From positions 21,392,001 to 21,456,000 of the forward strand of contig NC_058369.1 of NCBI RefSeq assembly GCF_018350175.1: 64,000 nucleotides of DNA, read 5' to 3'. Positions within the stretch are counted from its first letter, which is position 1. Each line of letters starts with the position of its first letter. Source of the DNA: Felis catus. Lineage: Eukaryota. Below, one piece after another: positions 1 to 13,705 of the stretch. The notes below the pieces were generated by a model that was not told where the DNA came from, did no database searches, and saw nothing but the letters and a program-made list of their open reading frames with translations. Position numbers and translations under genes: made by a program.

Positions 1-566
1 GTGGTTGGCTCCAGTTCCCGAGGCCCCCAGCTATCCCAGGGGCCTTGTTTGTTGTGGGCAGTGAATGAATAAAGTTTACATGAATAGCAAACCTTAGTCA
101 TTCGGGACTTCCAAGTCAAAGCCAGAGGAGCACAGCTCAGAGGGCTCCTGGCTGTTGCAAGGCTGTGCTTTTGCCTTGGGCCCCCGCCCTCTCCCTGCCC
201 CCTTCTTTCCCATCCCCCTCTTCTTGCCACCAATACACGCAATACCACCCAACACAAAGTTCCTTCTCACGGTGCAAAACCCCTCCCTGAGTGGCTTCTC
301 GGTGCTGAGCCCCAAAGTAGGCTGAGCCAAGGAGCCTGTGGGGCCCAGCGAACCGGGACAGGCAAAGGCTGAACCAGACAAGGAGCCCCTGGTCTCTGAG
401 GGGGAGAGAGGTGCTCAGAAAGGCCAGAGCTTGCCAGATGGTGGCAGGACTGCCCAGGCGCCTATCTGCGGGCTCCTCCTGTGGGGGCTTGGCCTCACTC
501 CCCAGGAGAGAGCACAGTCGACAGGCCCTGGCCACGCTGAGCGAGGCCCTCCATCACCTCTCCCAG

Positions 567-3500
567 GGCCGTGTGTCCTTCAAGCCCAGCATGGACCAAC
601 AGCGTTCGTGCCCAACCTGTACAGATTCCCTCCTCAACGGAGATTTCATCATCACCTACGACGTGAACAGAGAGTCTCCAGCCAACGTACAGGTACCTGC
701 CAACTGGCTTTGCCGGGCTGGTCGATTCTCCATCACCCTGATAGGGTGAGAACAGGTACGGGAGGGGCTGCAGTTGCCTCTCGTCCCCAGACCCTGGTCC
801 TCAGCCCAAGGCCAAATTTCCTGCACAGCCTGGGTATGGAGGATGGTCCAGAGCCTTTGTGTGGCACCCCACAGTGGGTGGGAAAGAATGGCTTTTTCTG
901 GAGCTGGTAAATGTCTGGCTTCTATTTGCAAGAGTTGCTAAAAGCACTTGCCTGCAGTCTCTCTCTCTCCCCTTTCCAGATAGTCAATGGCTACTTTGTG
1001 CACTTCTTTGCACCTCAAGGCCTTCCCGTGGTGCCTAAAAATGTGGTCTTCGTGATTGACGTCAGTGGCTCCATGCACGGTCGGAAAATGGAGCAGGTGC
1101 GCTTCTCACTGCGACTGGGGGTGACGTGTGGCAGGGAGACACATTTATTTGTAAGTGGACAAAGCTGATATTCCCAGTGAAAGAGGAAGAAGGGAGACGG
1201 GATCAAAAAGAAAAAAAAAAAAAAGCATCTGCCCCCTTTTGCTGCAGAGTGCAGGCCCCAGTGCCAGCCACGCGGGGAGACAGCTGGCCGTCTGCTGCTC
1301 GTTCCCAGCTTCTTGTCTGCGTGCCCTTCTCTTTCCCAGACAAAGGATGCCCTCCTCAAGATCCTGGAGGATGTGAAAGAGGATGACTACCTGAATTTCA
1401 TCCTGTTCAGTGGGGATGTGACCACCTGGAAAGACACCCTAGTTCAAGCCACTCCTGAGAACATCGAGGAGGCCAGGACATTTGTGAAGAACATTGATGA
1501 TCAAGGAAGTATGAGCAGAGGGAAGAACAGACACATCCTGTCACTCCCCTTGGCCCAAGCAGTCTGCCTCTCCTGTGCCTTGGGACAGAGCCTCTGCTGG
1601 TCTAGGCCCTGCAGACCGCAGCTGGGGGTAGAGGTGGGATAGGGGGCGGTTCAGGCTTCTTATTGGGGTGTCTTCTTTGCAGTCTAGGGGAGCCCACTCT
1701 TCCTTTCTCTAATCCTTGATCCTGGAGCCCCACTGGTCCCGGCAAGATAACGCCACAGAGAACCCTTATCCTGGGCCGCTCCTTAGGGAAAATGACAAAC
1801 GACGCCGACACTGCTCCCCTCTCCTCCCAGTGAGCATGCCTGGCAGCCCCTCTGATAGCTTTCCAAACTGCTTTTACAATCACCTTCTGGCAGCCCCGAC
1901 AGGCTGGTCCTTTGGTCCCCAATGAAAGAGTAAGTCATTCATTCATCACTCGCCGATTCACTCGGTCAATACCTACTGAGTACCAGGGCGCGTTGGCTAA
2001 CAGGGTCCTTGGGCCCAAGAGCGGAGGGGCCTGCTACCCTCTCCTCCTCCACCCCAGTACTGAGAACACCCTCCCACGGTTCTGTCTGTCTGTGTGCCAG
2101 TGACCAACATCAACGATGGGCTGCTGAGGGGCATCAGCATGCTGAACAAGGCCCGGGAAGAACACAGTGTCCCAGAGAGGAGCACCTCCATCATCATCAT
2201 GCTGACCGACGGGGACCCCAATGTCGGTGAGGCAGGCGGGTGTGGCTCTGAACCAAAGCCAGCGTGCTGTAGCCAGTGAGCTGCAAGATCTTGGGCGGCT
2301 CTCCCCAGGGTCCCTCGTGGTCTGTGAGCCCTGCAAGGGCACGTCTCCCCCTGCCAAAGACCGCCCCATTCCCCCCACCCCCCCAGCTCTGCTGATGCAG
2401 GTGTCAGACAGCTCCAGACAGAGCTGATCCAGCTAGTTGCTGGGGCTGGGGCTGGGGTGTGAACACCCCTTTCTCCTGCAGGTGAAAGCAGACCTGAAAA
2501 AATCCAAGAGAATGTACGCAACGCCATTGGGGGCAAGTTCCCCTTGTATAACCTGGGTTTTGGCAACAACCTGAACTATAACTTCCTGGAGAGCATGGCT
2601 CTGGAGAACCATGGGCTGGCCCGACGCATTTATGAGGATTCCGATGCCAACTTGCAGTTGCAGGTATGCCTTGTGTTGCATACCTCCAGGAATGAGGAGC
2701 TCATTACTTCCTCAGACAGCTGTTCCACCGAATGACAATTTCACTCTCTAGGAAGAGCCTCTTGGGCTGACATCTACCTCTAGCTCCCTCTTATCCATCA
2801 GTGGTGGTTGATTTTGTCCTCAGGCTACACACAACAGACTTGCTTCCTCCACAGGATTGCCAGATCAAATACAGGGCACTGGCCAAATAGGAACAATTTT
2901 TTAGTGTAAGCACGAGCCCAAATATTGCAGAGCGCTCTGTGTGAGTTTGCCAGGACTGCTCTAACAAACTACCACATGCTGGGGGTGGAGTGGGGGGCGG
3001 GCAGTGGGCTTCAACAACAGAAATTGTTGCCTCACGGTTCTGGGGGCGAGAAGCCCAATCAACGCCGTCTGCCGGGCCGTTTCCTTCTGAGGGCTGTGGG
3101 GGAAGGGTCTGTTCCGGGCCTCTCTCCTTGGCCTGTGGATGGCCACCTTCTCCCTGTCCCTTCCCATCATCTTCCCTGTGTGCCTGTCTGTCTCTGGGTC
3201 CAAATTGCCCCCTTTTCATAAGGACACCAGATATACTGTTTGGGACCCACCCCAGAGGCCTCATTTTAACTTGATCACCTCTGTAATCACCCTCATCCCC
3301 AAAACAGACATGTCTTGAGAGAGTGGGGGTAAGGACTTTAACATGTATTTTGGGGGCACACAATTCATCCCATAACAGACAAACTTAGACTAAAAATTAG
3401 TGTGCTCTTTACCTGACGTTCAAATTCAACTGCATGTCCTGTACTTACATTTGAGAACTTCAGCAGCCCCATTCCTCCCCAGTGCAGGAGACAGTGCCTG

Positions 3501-6500
3501 AACCGGTGCAGAGGAACCCCCACCCCGTGCCTCCGTGCCTCTGCCTTCTCCCTCTTGATCTCTGTGCTCCTGCGCCTGTCACCTCCTCTGGTCGGCCTCT
3601 CCTCCTTTCCTTTTCTCTTTCTTGCTTTCATTCCAGCAAACATTTCTCGAGCACTTTCTATATTCCCCGGAACTCTGTCCTTACCTTTCTATTCTTCCCA
3701 GGCTCTACCTGAAGGGGGGAGGGCAGGGAAGGCTCCCACGAACTGAAGGACACGATCAGGGCCACGAGAAAGTGAAGATCAGGACCTAAGATCGGCACAG
3801 CCTGAGGGACTCAACGCCTAGGGAGGCACCAGTGGGCACCTGCCCACCCTGTCCTCTCCAGATCTGCCCTGTGGCCTGAGATGACCAGGTCCCCCTTTTG
3901 GACTCCAGGGCTTCTATGAGGAGGTGGCCAACCCGCTGCTGACAGGCGTGGAGGTAGAGTACCCCGAGAACGCCATCCAGGACCTCACCCAGAGCGCTTA
4001 CCAGCACTTCTACGATGGCTCTGAGATTGTGGTGGCTGGGCGCCTGCTGGACGAGGACATGAACAACTTTAAGGCGGATGTAAAGGGCCACGGGGTGAGC
4101 TGAGCCAGGGCCGGATGGTGTGCTGTGGATGGGGGGATCGGCACCCATGGGGCTTGGCCCCCTGCCTGAGGGTCCAGCGGTGGCGACCCCAAGCTGGGTC
4201 CAGGCCTCCTGCCCTCCAGCCTCTGGCCTCCTCTCACCCCCACCTCAGGCCATCAATGATCTGACCTTCACAGAGGAGGTGGACATGAAGGAGATGGAAA
4301 AGGCCCTGAAGGAGCAGGATTACATTTTTGGGAACTACATAGAGCGGCTCTGGGCCTACCTCACCATTGAGCAGCTGCTGGAGAAACGGTGATCCTAGCG
4401 ACCCCTCACACAGCCAGGCCCCACACCCGGGCCTCCCACACTGCCCCACCACCTACCTGTGCTTGCCCCTGTGCTGGCTTCGCTCTGGGGGAGCCCAAGA
4501 GGAGGAAGACTCAGCCACACCCCAGGACGTGCCCTGCCACACGCCCTGCCAGCTGCCTTCCCCTCTTCTCAGCTCAGCCCCAAAGAATGTTTTCCCGGGG
4601 GCAGAGCCCAGCCTGACATCGGGGGCTCGAGCAGCATCCTGGGAGCACCTCGGGGACAGGGGCGGGCCTTGGCACCCTGTACCCCACACCCCGCATGGGC
4701 CCACAATGCGGTGAGGCTGAGCACAACTGAAGGCTTGGGTCCTTGCCCGCAGCCCCCAGAAGGCAGAGCTTGGGCCTATTTGAGAGTGCCACGTCAGCCT
4801 TCCCCGAGGTGGGATAAGCCTCCAATGCCCCTGGTGCAGGGTCTGGCACATGCTGAGTGCTCAGGGCATGGCCATTATCATGAGTGATTGTTGGGATGCC
4901 ATTTCGAGCCCCTTGTATCTTATAGTGGGGAAACTGAGGCCCAGCCTCAGACACAGACTGTCCATCTGTCCCAGGGAGCTGGCGAACCAGTCTTTTTCTG
5001 AGAGCTAGTGGGTTCTACCCTGGGGAAAGGCGTTCCCAGGCTGCCTCTGGGGCTCTAGGCCTGGTTCTGGGAGTCACAGCAGAGGAGGCCAAGCAGGGAA
5101 AGGCTCTTTGACTGACACTCCCACCCCTCCCCACAGCAAGAATGCCCATGGTGAGGAGAAGGAGAACCTCACAGCCCAGGCCCTGGACCTGTCCCTCAAG
5201 TACCACTTTGTGACTCCACTGACCTCCATGGTGGTGACCAAGCCTGAGGACAATGAGGACCAGACAGCCATCGCTGACAAGCCTGGAGAAGGTGGGCATG
5301 GAGAGTGGAGGCCGGACTTCGAAGGCCTTCCAGGCCACTGGGGCCTTGGGTGCCCCGAAGAGGAGTGAGCCAGGCTGGTGAGACCCAGACTTGCTGAAGA
5401 GGGGCAGGTCCAGGGGGCATAGAGGGAGATCCGGCCAAGGGCTGGGGAGGGTGTTGTGGAGCGGGTGAATCCATCAGCATGGACAGTGGGTAGGGGGTGA
5501 ATAGGAGCCTCTGGGTCTCTAAAGGGTTGTGAGTCATGGGACACCTCGCCCAGGGTCACTTCAAGGAAAGGGACTTGGCTGCAGCATGGAAGGGCTCAGT
5601 CAGACAGGGAGAAGCACTTCCAGCTTGAAAGTTAGTCCCAGAGCATGTGCCTGGGAATTGTGAGAGGAAAAGGCCTTGAGGCCTTGGACCAGGCCTGCTC
5701 AACCAGACTCTAAGAGGGGACTCCTAAGTGCTCCTGTACTTGGGCATGGGGAGCAGAGAGGTGGCATGGGGCGGCACAGGAGGCAAAGAGCTGGTCCGGG
5801 CCAGGCCTTTGGCCTCTAGGAGCCCCTGGCTCCAGGAGACACACAGTGGTGGGGGGTCCGTTGTTGGCTGGGAGGCCCACAGCCTGGAGGTGGGACAGGC
5901 AGCCAGTTGATGGCATTGATGCCGACACCAGGAGTCTGTGGCTCCTAACACATTTCTCCTCCTCCTCCCACACAGGGCCTGCAGATACGGAAGGTGAGCT
6001 TCAGCCAGCAGTTGGGCAGGTGTCCCAGGAGGGGGACAAGAGAGAACCAAGGAGGCTTCCAAGTGCCCAGCCCAGGGAGGGGCCCTTAGGACATCTGCGA
6101 TCAGGTCCCAGCTCTGCCACCAACTCACGAGCCACCTTGGTCCAGGCTCTGCCCTCTCTGAGCCTCATCAGGTCCTTGTCAGTTGTCTGGAGGTGGCTTC
6201 CCCTTACTAATGAGGGACAATCAGTATGAGAGCATTCTGTGACCTGCAAAAATTAGCAAATTCACACATCGGACACTGACATGCCATTAATCCCGCAGCA
6301 ACCCTCTAAAGGAGTCCTCTCATGGTTCCCATTTTATAGTGAGGAAACTGAGGCATGGAGAGGCTGTCTATTTGTTCAAGGACTTAGCAAGTGGCCAAGC
6401 TGGGACTTCAGCCTGGGCAGCCTGGCACCTGTGCCCACTCTGGGATTCATAGCGCTCTGTGTGTCTCTCATTATCAAATTGCATCCTTGCCCCCAGTAAG

Positions 6501-9500
6501 CCCAGGACCACCAGGCAGGGGCTCCCAGCCCCTCCCAGCCTGCCCCACCTCCACCGATAGGCGGTTCCATCCTAGCAGCGCATCTGGACCAGGTCATTGT
6601 TCTTCCCTCAGCACAGCCCTGTCAGATGCAGTCACTGGTGTGCACGCGTGTGTGCATGAGTACGTCGGGAGGGGGGTTACTACCAAGGACAACAGACAGT
6701 TTTGAGCTTCACCCCACCCCAACTGGGGAGTGGGAGTTCGGGCTGTGGGATGGTGTCTGCTGTGAACACTATTCATGACAGGGAGGCAGACGATCTCATG
6801 GTGGACATATTAGCCACATCACAGCGCCATGACCCCGGCATAAAAATGACATCCATATTACCACCAGCCCTAGAAAGGAACTCCCTGGGCACGCTCCCAT
6901 TTCTGAAGCCTACATGAGGAGTCACATCCCAACCCTCTTGTCTACCTGGGTTGGGGCTCTACCGGAGACTGGTAGCCCCAAGCCAGGTAGAAGGCATGGG
7001 GTTGGGGGAGAGGGAGCCCTCAGACCCAGCTCACGACTGCCCGGTTGCTTCCTTTTTCAGTGGCCCGCTCCATGGCTTACCTGAGTGAGTATATGGCAGC
7101 AGCCGCAGCCCCCCTACCCCACAGGGCGTCTCCCCAGAGACTGGCCCCATGCCACATTCTCCCCCAGAGTCCTTCCTGAACCCGCTCTCTGGAACAGGCA
7201 GATGGTTGGGATCCCGAGGAAATGGGAGATGGTTTGAGAGTATGGGGAAGAGGGAACGGGAGGCGCACGAACCAGAATCTGGATGTGGGTCCTGGCGCCT
7301 CCCCAGGCCTGCTTGTTTAGCTCAGCCTCTCCCCCCACTGTGTCCACAGCCAGCTACCAGCCTCCTCAAACGCCCTACTACTACGGTGAGTTCCCCCGAC
7401 TCCTCCTGATGTGAGAGCCGGGCCCCAGAGCCCAGAGCCTCCTACCTGTTAGGAGTCTATCCACAGGGGCCGAGGGGTGAGGGGAGGGCGCCCCGGAACA
7501 GTAAGTGAGAGGTCCCGGGAGCCAGCCCTTTCTCTGATGTGCTCTCAGTGGATGGGGACCCCCACTTCATCATCCAAGTCCCGCAGAGAGACGACGCCAT
7601 CTGCTTCAACGTCGATGAAGACCCAGGCACAGTGCTGCGCCTCATTCAGGACCCCATCACAGGTGGGGGCTGCGGGCAGGAGCCAGGGCCAGGCCCTCAC
7701 TCTGCCCATAATGCACTGTCTTTATGTGCAGCTTACACCTTGTGGGGCCACAGGCTCACCAAGCCCCCGGGACCCAGTGGTGTTGGAGAGACGGTTAGGG
7801 GTGAGGGGGCCCAGGCGAAGCCTGTGTCTGGGAAATAGTTTTGCTCTGAACACCACTCCCTGGCCCAGGCAGGGGGCAGGTCTGCAACTTGGGTCCTCAG
7901 CTGCCAGAGGGACCCAGGAGTGTCTAGGAACAGGGAGGGTTGGCTCTGAAGTCCTGGTCTCGTCTTGGGGATCCCACGCCGTGCAGGTCTGGCTGGAGGA
8001 GAAGGTGCATCCTAAAAACCAGCCTGGACTCAGAAAGGTCTCAGTGGCCCCTCACTACCCCGTCCCTCTGGCAGGCCTCACAGTTAACGGGCAGATCATC
8101 GGCGAGAAGGGAGGCAACTCCGACTCCAAGACCAGAAAGACTTACTTTGGCAAGCTGGGCATTGCCAGTGCTCACATGGACTTCCGGATGGAGGTGACAC
8201 CGGAGAAGATCACCCTGTGGAGTGGAGCTGCACAGAGCACCTTCAGCTGGCTGGACACGGTCACAGTCACACAGGACGGGTACAGCCCCGCTCCTGGGTC
8301 TCAGAGGTCTAAGGAGCCTCTCTGAGGGATGTGGACAAATCCCAGAATGGAAGACCCACGGGGGTTACAGGAGAGACTGGTGGCCTCAGAGTTCAGCCCT
8401 TTTGCCCAAGGAAGGGTGACCACGATGGCCCCAGCCAGAATTGGTAGCTGGACACTTCACAGGACTGATCTTTATTTATTTATTTATTTATTTACCTTGA
8501 AAGAGAGAGAGAGAGAGGTGAGGCACAGAGAGAGGGAATTCCAAGCAGGCTCTACACTGTCAGCACAAAGCCCGACTCTGAGCTGGATCTCACAAACCGT
8601 GAGATCATGACCTGAGCCGAAATCGAGTCAGACGTTTAACCGCCTGAGCCAGCCAGGAGCCCCCGCAGGACTGATCTTGAGGGAAGGGCTGTGTGGACGT
8701 AAGCATTAGGGGGACCTGCAATCTAGTAACACACTAACCCTCAGTTTCACCTTCTCTAGCTGAACTTGTTAGCTCTCCAACTGCTCAGCCTCTCCTAGGT
8801 CTTCAAGTCACCCAGAGCCCAGTGGATAGGGCAGGGGCGTTACTCCCAGTGAAGCTCAGAGAGGGGTGGAACCTACCCCGGGTCACACAGGAAGCCAGTG
8901 GCTGAGCTGAGGATTGATTCCATGTCTCCAGACTCCCAGGACAGCCCTGTCTTCTGCTTACGGAGGAACGAGGATCCACTCTGTAGAGGGCATAGTCAAC
9001 ACGCATGAGGCATCTTCTCTCCACAGTCAACACACATGAGGCCTCTGAGATCGTTTCCAGAGTCTATGTGCTCTTGGGTGTCATGTATGGAGAAGGCCCT
9101 ATCGAGATACCCTTGATTCAGATGCCCAGTACGATGGTCACCACTGGGCCCCGCTTGCTGACTTCCTTCCTCTTCTCTCCTAGGCTGTCTGTGACAATCA
9201 ACAGGAAAAAGAACATGGTGGTCTCCTTTGGAGACGGGGTTACTTTTGTGGTCGTCCTGCACCAGGTGTGGAAGAAGCATCCCGTCCACCAAGACTTTCT
9301 GGGCTTCTATGTGGTGGACAGTCACCGGATGTCAGCACAAACACATGGGCTGCTGGGTATGGAATGTTTAAGCTTCAGATTGTTCAGGAGACACGGTAGA
9401 GGGGAAAAGCCACATGAAAGACTGTCCTCGTCACCCTGGACGAGCACACAACACCCAGTCAGCCTTCGCATCAACCCTGCAAGACTAGAGGCCTGTCTTA

Positions 9501-10154
9501 CCTATGGTGATGGTGGAGGCTGACAGTGTGCAGGGACTGACAGTGTGAATGTTTCTGTTCCCAGGACAATTCTTCCATCCCTTTGACTTTAAAGTGTCCG
9601 ACATCCACCCAGGCTCTGACCCCACAAAGCCAGACGCCACAATGGTGGTGAAGAACCATCGGCTGACAGTCACCAGGTGACAGAACTCTAACATCCTCGC
9701 CCTGCCCAGTAACAAGACAGGAGGAGAGAGCCCTCTCTGCCCAGACACATTGGCCTGGCAGGCTCTTGTCTCCTGTGGGGTACCTACCCTAGTTTCCCTC
9801 TGGGGTCCTGACCTCCCCCACCCCCCACTCTAGGCCCCTCCTAATCAGGAAAAGGCCAAACTTGGCCCCCTAGAGGGAGTTAATCATTTGATCTCTTTCT
9901 TGACCAAAGGGTTCCTGGACTCACAATTGGCAACTTCACACCCTTCTCCAGCCTTAGGACCTTGAGTGTAGCAGCCGTCTTGCCTGCCCTGTGTATATCA
10001 CAGTGTGTCTTTCCTTTTTCCCAGGGGATCCCAGAAAGACTACAGGAAGGATGCCAGTGTCGGCACCAAGGTTGCCTGTTGGTTTGTCCACAACAACGGG
10101 CAAGGGCTGATTGACGGTGTCCACAGCGACTACATTGTCCCCAACCTGTTCTGA
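567..10154 (+). CDS. ITIH3: Inter-alpha-trypsin inhibitor heavy chain H3; 5'-partial, last 16 coding exons
   Basis: GT-AG exons with continuous frame: 567-692, 980-1096, 1340-1508, 2101-2226, 2482-2663, 3909-4094, 4249-4388, 5137-5291, 5976(or 5985)-5993, 7061-7084, 7350-7385, 7549-7662, 8075-8279, 9184-9356, 9565-9676, 10025-10154 (TGA). Encodes the vWA MIDAS motif VIDVSGSM, then [17 protein letters not shown] and the C-terminus DYIVPNLF, all typical of ITIH3. Confidence 0.96.
2938..3377 (-). mobile_element. MLT1-type (ERVL-MaLR) solo LTR
   Basis: Ends cccataaca (reverse complement of the TGTTATGGG LTR start); characteristic internal motifs caacaacagaaatt..ctcacggttctgg and ataaggacaccag. 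Confidence 0.7.
6290..6430 (-). mobile_element. MIR fragment
   Basis: MIR core cccattttatagtgaggaaactgaggc. Confidence 0.6.
8473..8665 (-). mobile_element. CAN-SINE (SINEC, feliform type) with 13-bp TSD
   Basis: (TTTA)n tail, (GA)n tract, tRNA-derived head; TSD caggactgatctt at 8460-8472 and 8666-8678. Confidence 0.9.
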
Positions 10155-10246
10155 GTAGACATGCCAGCTCCTGCTGAGACAGCTGGCCCAGCTCACCTGG
10201 CCTCTGGAACAGGGACACAGCCCAGGGTCTAAGGGAGGGTTGTGAC

Positions 10247-10252
10247 AATAAA
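10247..10252 (+). terminator. ITIH3: ITIH3 polyadenylation signal AATAAA
   Basis: Canonical hexamer ~90 nt after the ITIH3 stop codon. Confidence 0.8.
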
Positions 10253-13200
10253 GCCGGAGGGGACACTGCCACCAGCCATGTCTGCATGCCTCTGTAAGCC
10301 CCTGTTCAAGGGATCAGGCAGTTGGGCCCCGAGGTGGCTCAAAGGAGGGGCTGGCTGCTAGGAAGGCAATTCCCTGGGGCTCTCTCCTGGTGTGAGTGAA
10401 AGACCGGGTTGGTTGGGGATAGTGCTTTTGGGAGCCAAGTGTATGATGGTTTGGGAAGAAAAAAAACAAACAAGAATTGACTCTAGTGTGAAGGGGCTGA
10501 GAAGTCAAGAAGGGTTGAGTGCATTTCAGAGTCCAGGAGGGTAATGAGAGAAGTCAGGGCTCATGGCTCAGCAGCCCCCATCAGGACCCACAGGCCTGAA
10601 GATCTTTCTATGACGCAGAAGCAGAGTGCTCCAGAGCGGACATAGCGTGCAGCTCATTATGGATGTCCTTCCTCCCTCCATCTTCCCATTATCTAGATGT
10701 CCACCCCACCCACCCACCCATCCTCTAGCCATCCAGCCATCTATCCATTCAGCAGATAAATCCAACATTCTGGGCCAGAGTCTGGGGCACACAGCTTTGT
10801 GCCCATTTCCTTTTCGCGTGGGTGCCCCAAGCCTGTGGCAGCTAGGCTGGAAATCCCTAAGATCCTCCAATCACAGCTCATGGTGACCACCCACTCTGCC
10901 CCCACAGTAAGTCCTGGGTGGGGTCAGAGGTCGGGGATCAGATAGAGATTCCCAGAGGAGGGGCTCTGAGGGCCCTCAGCCTGGACAACCCTCTCCCACC
11001 CAGACAACTGCAACACCCCTTCTCGGGTCTCCCTGCTTCCACAGAAAGACTGTGTAGAGCAGAACCAACCATCACTCCCTGTCTAAGACCCTATTGATAA
11101 CACCTCCCACCCGCTGATCTTGGGAGAAAGGCCAATGTCCTACCTATGGCCTGTCCAGCCTCACCAACCCCACACACCAGGTGTCTCGCCTCACTTTCAG
11201 GGTTCCACACATAGACTGCTTCCAGTTCTGCGAACCTAACCCTTCATGTTCCAGATCCTTTGCCTCTGCACTTCTCACTGCCTGAGGGGCTACGGGCCTG
11301 CTGGGCAGAGGGTACCCATTGCTGGAAGCAGTGGGCAGCTTTGCTTGATGGCAGAGCAGGGAACACAACCTCCTGGACGAGGTTTGAATTAGACTGGGAA
11401 TGGCCACAAATGCCAGTGCAGGTGAGGGTGGGATCTGGTGATGGGTCACCAGGAAGTTCCCCCACCCCCCACTCCAGGGTCCCATCTGCTTGAGTCAGAA
11501 CAGGGTTTCGCAGGGTCTGGAGGCCTGGCGGAGGGTACTGGGGAGGCCAGTCCAGGAGAAAACCTAAGCGGCCAGGCCCTGCTACCTACTGGGTCCCGGG
11601 TTGACTGAGGAACCATGTAACTTTAAACCAGTTTTCACATCTGTAAAATGGGGAGAAAGATCCTGCCAGATGGTGTAGACACATCATCATTACGGTTTCT
11701 GGCCCTCCTGAGGTGCCTGTCTTTGTCCTTAGCCTCCAGCTAGTCTCCTGGCCCAGCGAGTTGGGAGAAAGTCAGGAGGAGGTCCCCAGCCCAAATTTTG
11801 CCCCTTCCCTCCAACAGTCAGGGAGACCCTCCACGCAGGTAAAAGCCAGGGGGACCCTGTTCGCTCCCCAGTCCTAGATCATCCTGGCTACACCTGTCTC
11901 TGTGTACCCCCCAGCTTTCGAGATAGAAGCCATGCTTCATGGCAGGGGGCACTCAGCCAGTGATGGCCTGGTCCTGCGTCTCTACTTCAGCATCCGCTTC
12001 CGTCTCACCCCATGGCACTGCACCTTCCCTGACTTGGTGCACAGCGTCCTCGCTCTAGGCCTGGTGTCTTTGCCCTCCTTTTTCACTGGGCTAACTTCTC
12101 TTTATTCTTCAAAATCCAACCCCAACCGTGCCACTTCTAGGAACCCTTCCCTGACATTCCCCGGGCTCTTGGTGGCACCTGGTTGTTCTCTGGGTGGTAG
12201 CTGTCACACGAGGCAATGTGTCTCCTTGGTATCCAATGGACCTGCAGCACTCAGCCCCCGGCCTGGCCCAAGTGAGTGCTGGAAAGCACTCGGTGAACAA
12301 AACAGCGAAGGGCACGGAACTCCTTTCACCTGTTCACGGAGAACACCTCTGCAAGTACGGCTGGGCCAGAAAGTCACCCATGACCCCTCTGCTGCTGTAC
12401 CAATTCCACAGCCCAGCCCAGCTGCTGGGGTCCCGGAGGGGTGAGTCGGGGTGGGCACTCATCTCGCATCCCGGTATGTCAGAGCTCTGGTCTGAGCCCC
12501 TCGGAGCAACCTTCACAAGGTGACTCAGCCTCGACCCCCACCTGCCCACCAGGCTCAATGGAGACGCAGCAGCTCAGCAGGGGTGTTCCTGTGAATTTGG
12601 CAAACCCGCTGCTGGAACCCCCTCCCACTGGCCTCTCCCCTGACCCTTCTGGAAAGACTCACTCTGCAAACAACCTGTAAAGCTCTAGAGCTGAGAACAG
12701 AATGCTTTCCCTGGTGATCTAGTTTGCTTCCTCTCAGCAAGCAAACGAGCTCATTTATTGCTTTCCCCTGGCTGCCAGGAAGCTCTGCACAAAGCTTTGT
12801 GCCGCTCTAGCTTGCCTTACCCTGGCGCCTGTGATCTAACTCTTCCCCTGCTTGTTTCTTTTATTCTATTCTCATGGTTTTGCTTTTGTTCTCTTCCTGG
12901 TTTTCATTTGTAAGCCAAAGACATGTGTCACTTTTTAATAAGTAGGTGGAGTAACTCTAGATGTTTAGGTGTGCTTCGCCTATGCAGGGGATTGAGTGCA
13001 ATCTTGGGGGTGCCCACCCCCGGAGCATGGATGGGAGAGCAGACCCAGGGCCTGGAGCCCAGGCCTGGAGCACCCTCATGAGACTCAAGGCTCCTGGGGA
13101 CAGACGCTTGCGTCCTCCGTGGGCCGGGGACCTCATCTCTGCCTCCCCCATCTCCAGTGCTGGCCTCTTGACCCGGTGGCGAGCGGACATCCTGAGCACA

Positions 13201-13699
13201 GGTGCGAAAACCAAACCGTGTCATGCAAATCCCATCACCAAGGGGCCCAAGAGCTTGCTGAGAAGGTGGAGAGTTGGCCTGTAAAGAACTTCTACCCAGT
13301 TTGTGCCCACCCAGGGCCAGTTGTGTTTCTAATAAGAACTTCTACCCAGTTCACTCTTTTTCTTCTTCTTTTTGTTTTTGTTTTTGTTTTTAGTCGAAAC
13401 TGGGTTTCACAGACTCAGTGACCATTAAGCAGACTGAACCTTTGCTCCCAGAGAATGTTCTCCCACCCTAGACCCCCAGCTGGGGGCTGCAGCAACATTT
13501 TAAATGGGTGATTTAATCTCTTTAAATCTTAGTTTCTCTGCTTGTAAAAAAATGAAGAGGTTGGACTGAAAGTTCTTCATGGGCCTTACTGGCCACAGGC
13601 CTTCGAGGGGCTCACAGTGGAAGGTTCTAATGGGATTCTGAGGCCCTGGGATGTAGCCAGATGCAACCACAGATGTCCATTCCCTGGGCTCACAGCACC

Positions 13700-13705
13700 T
13701 TTATT
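13700..13705 (-). terminator. ITIH4: ITIH4 polyadenylation signal AATAAA
   Basis: TTTATT on + strand, ~130 nt downstream of the ITIH4 stop. Confidence 0.8.

Noticed and set aside
7467..7506. Possible extra ITIH3 exon (CACAG...ACA|GTAAGT)
   Set aside because: 34 nt is frameshifting and the following intron would be only 48 nt; the protein is continuous without it.
7477..8325. 282-aa ORF in the ORF track
   Set aside because: Intron read-through into a real ITIH3 exon (8075-8279); not a separate gene.
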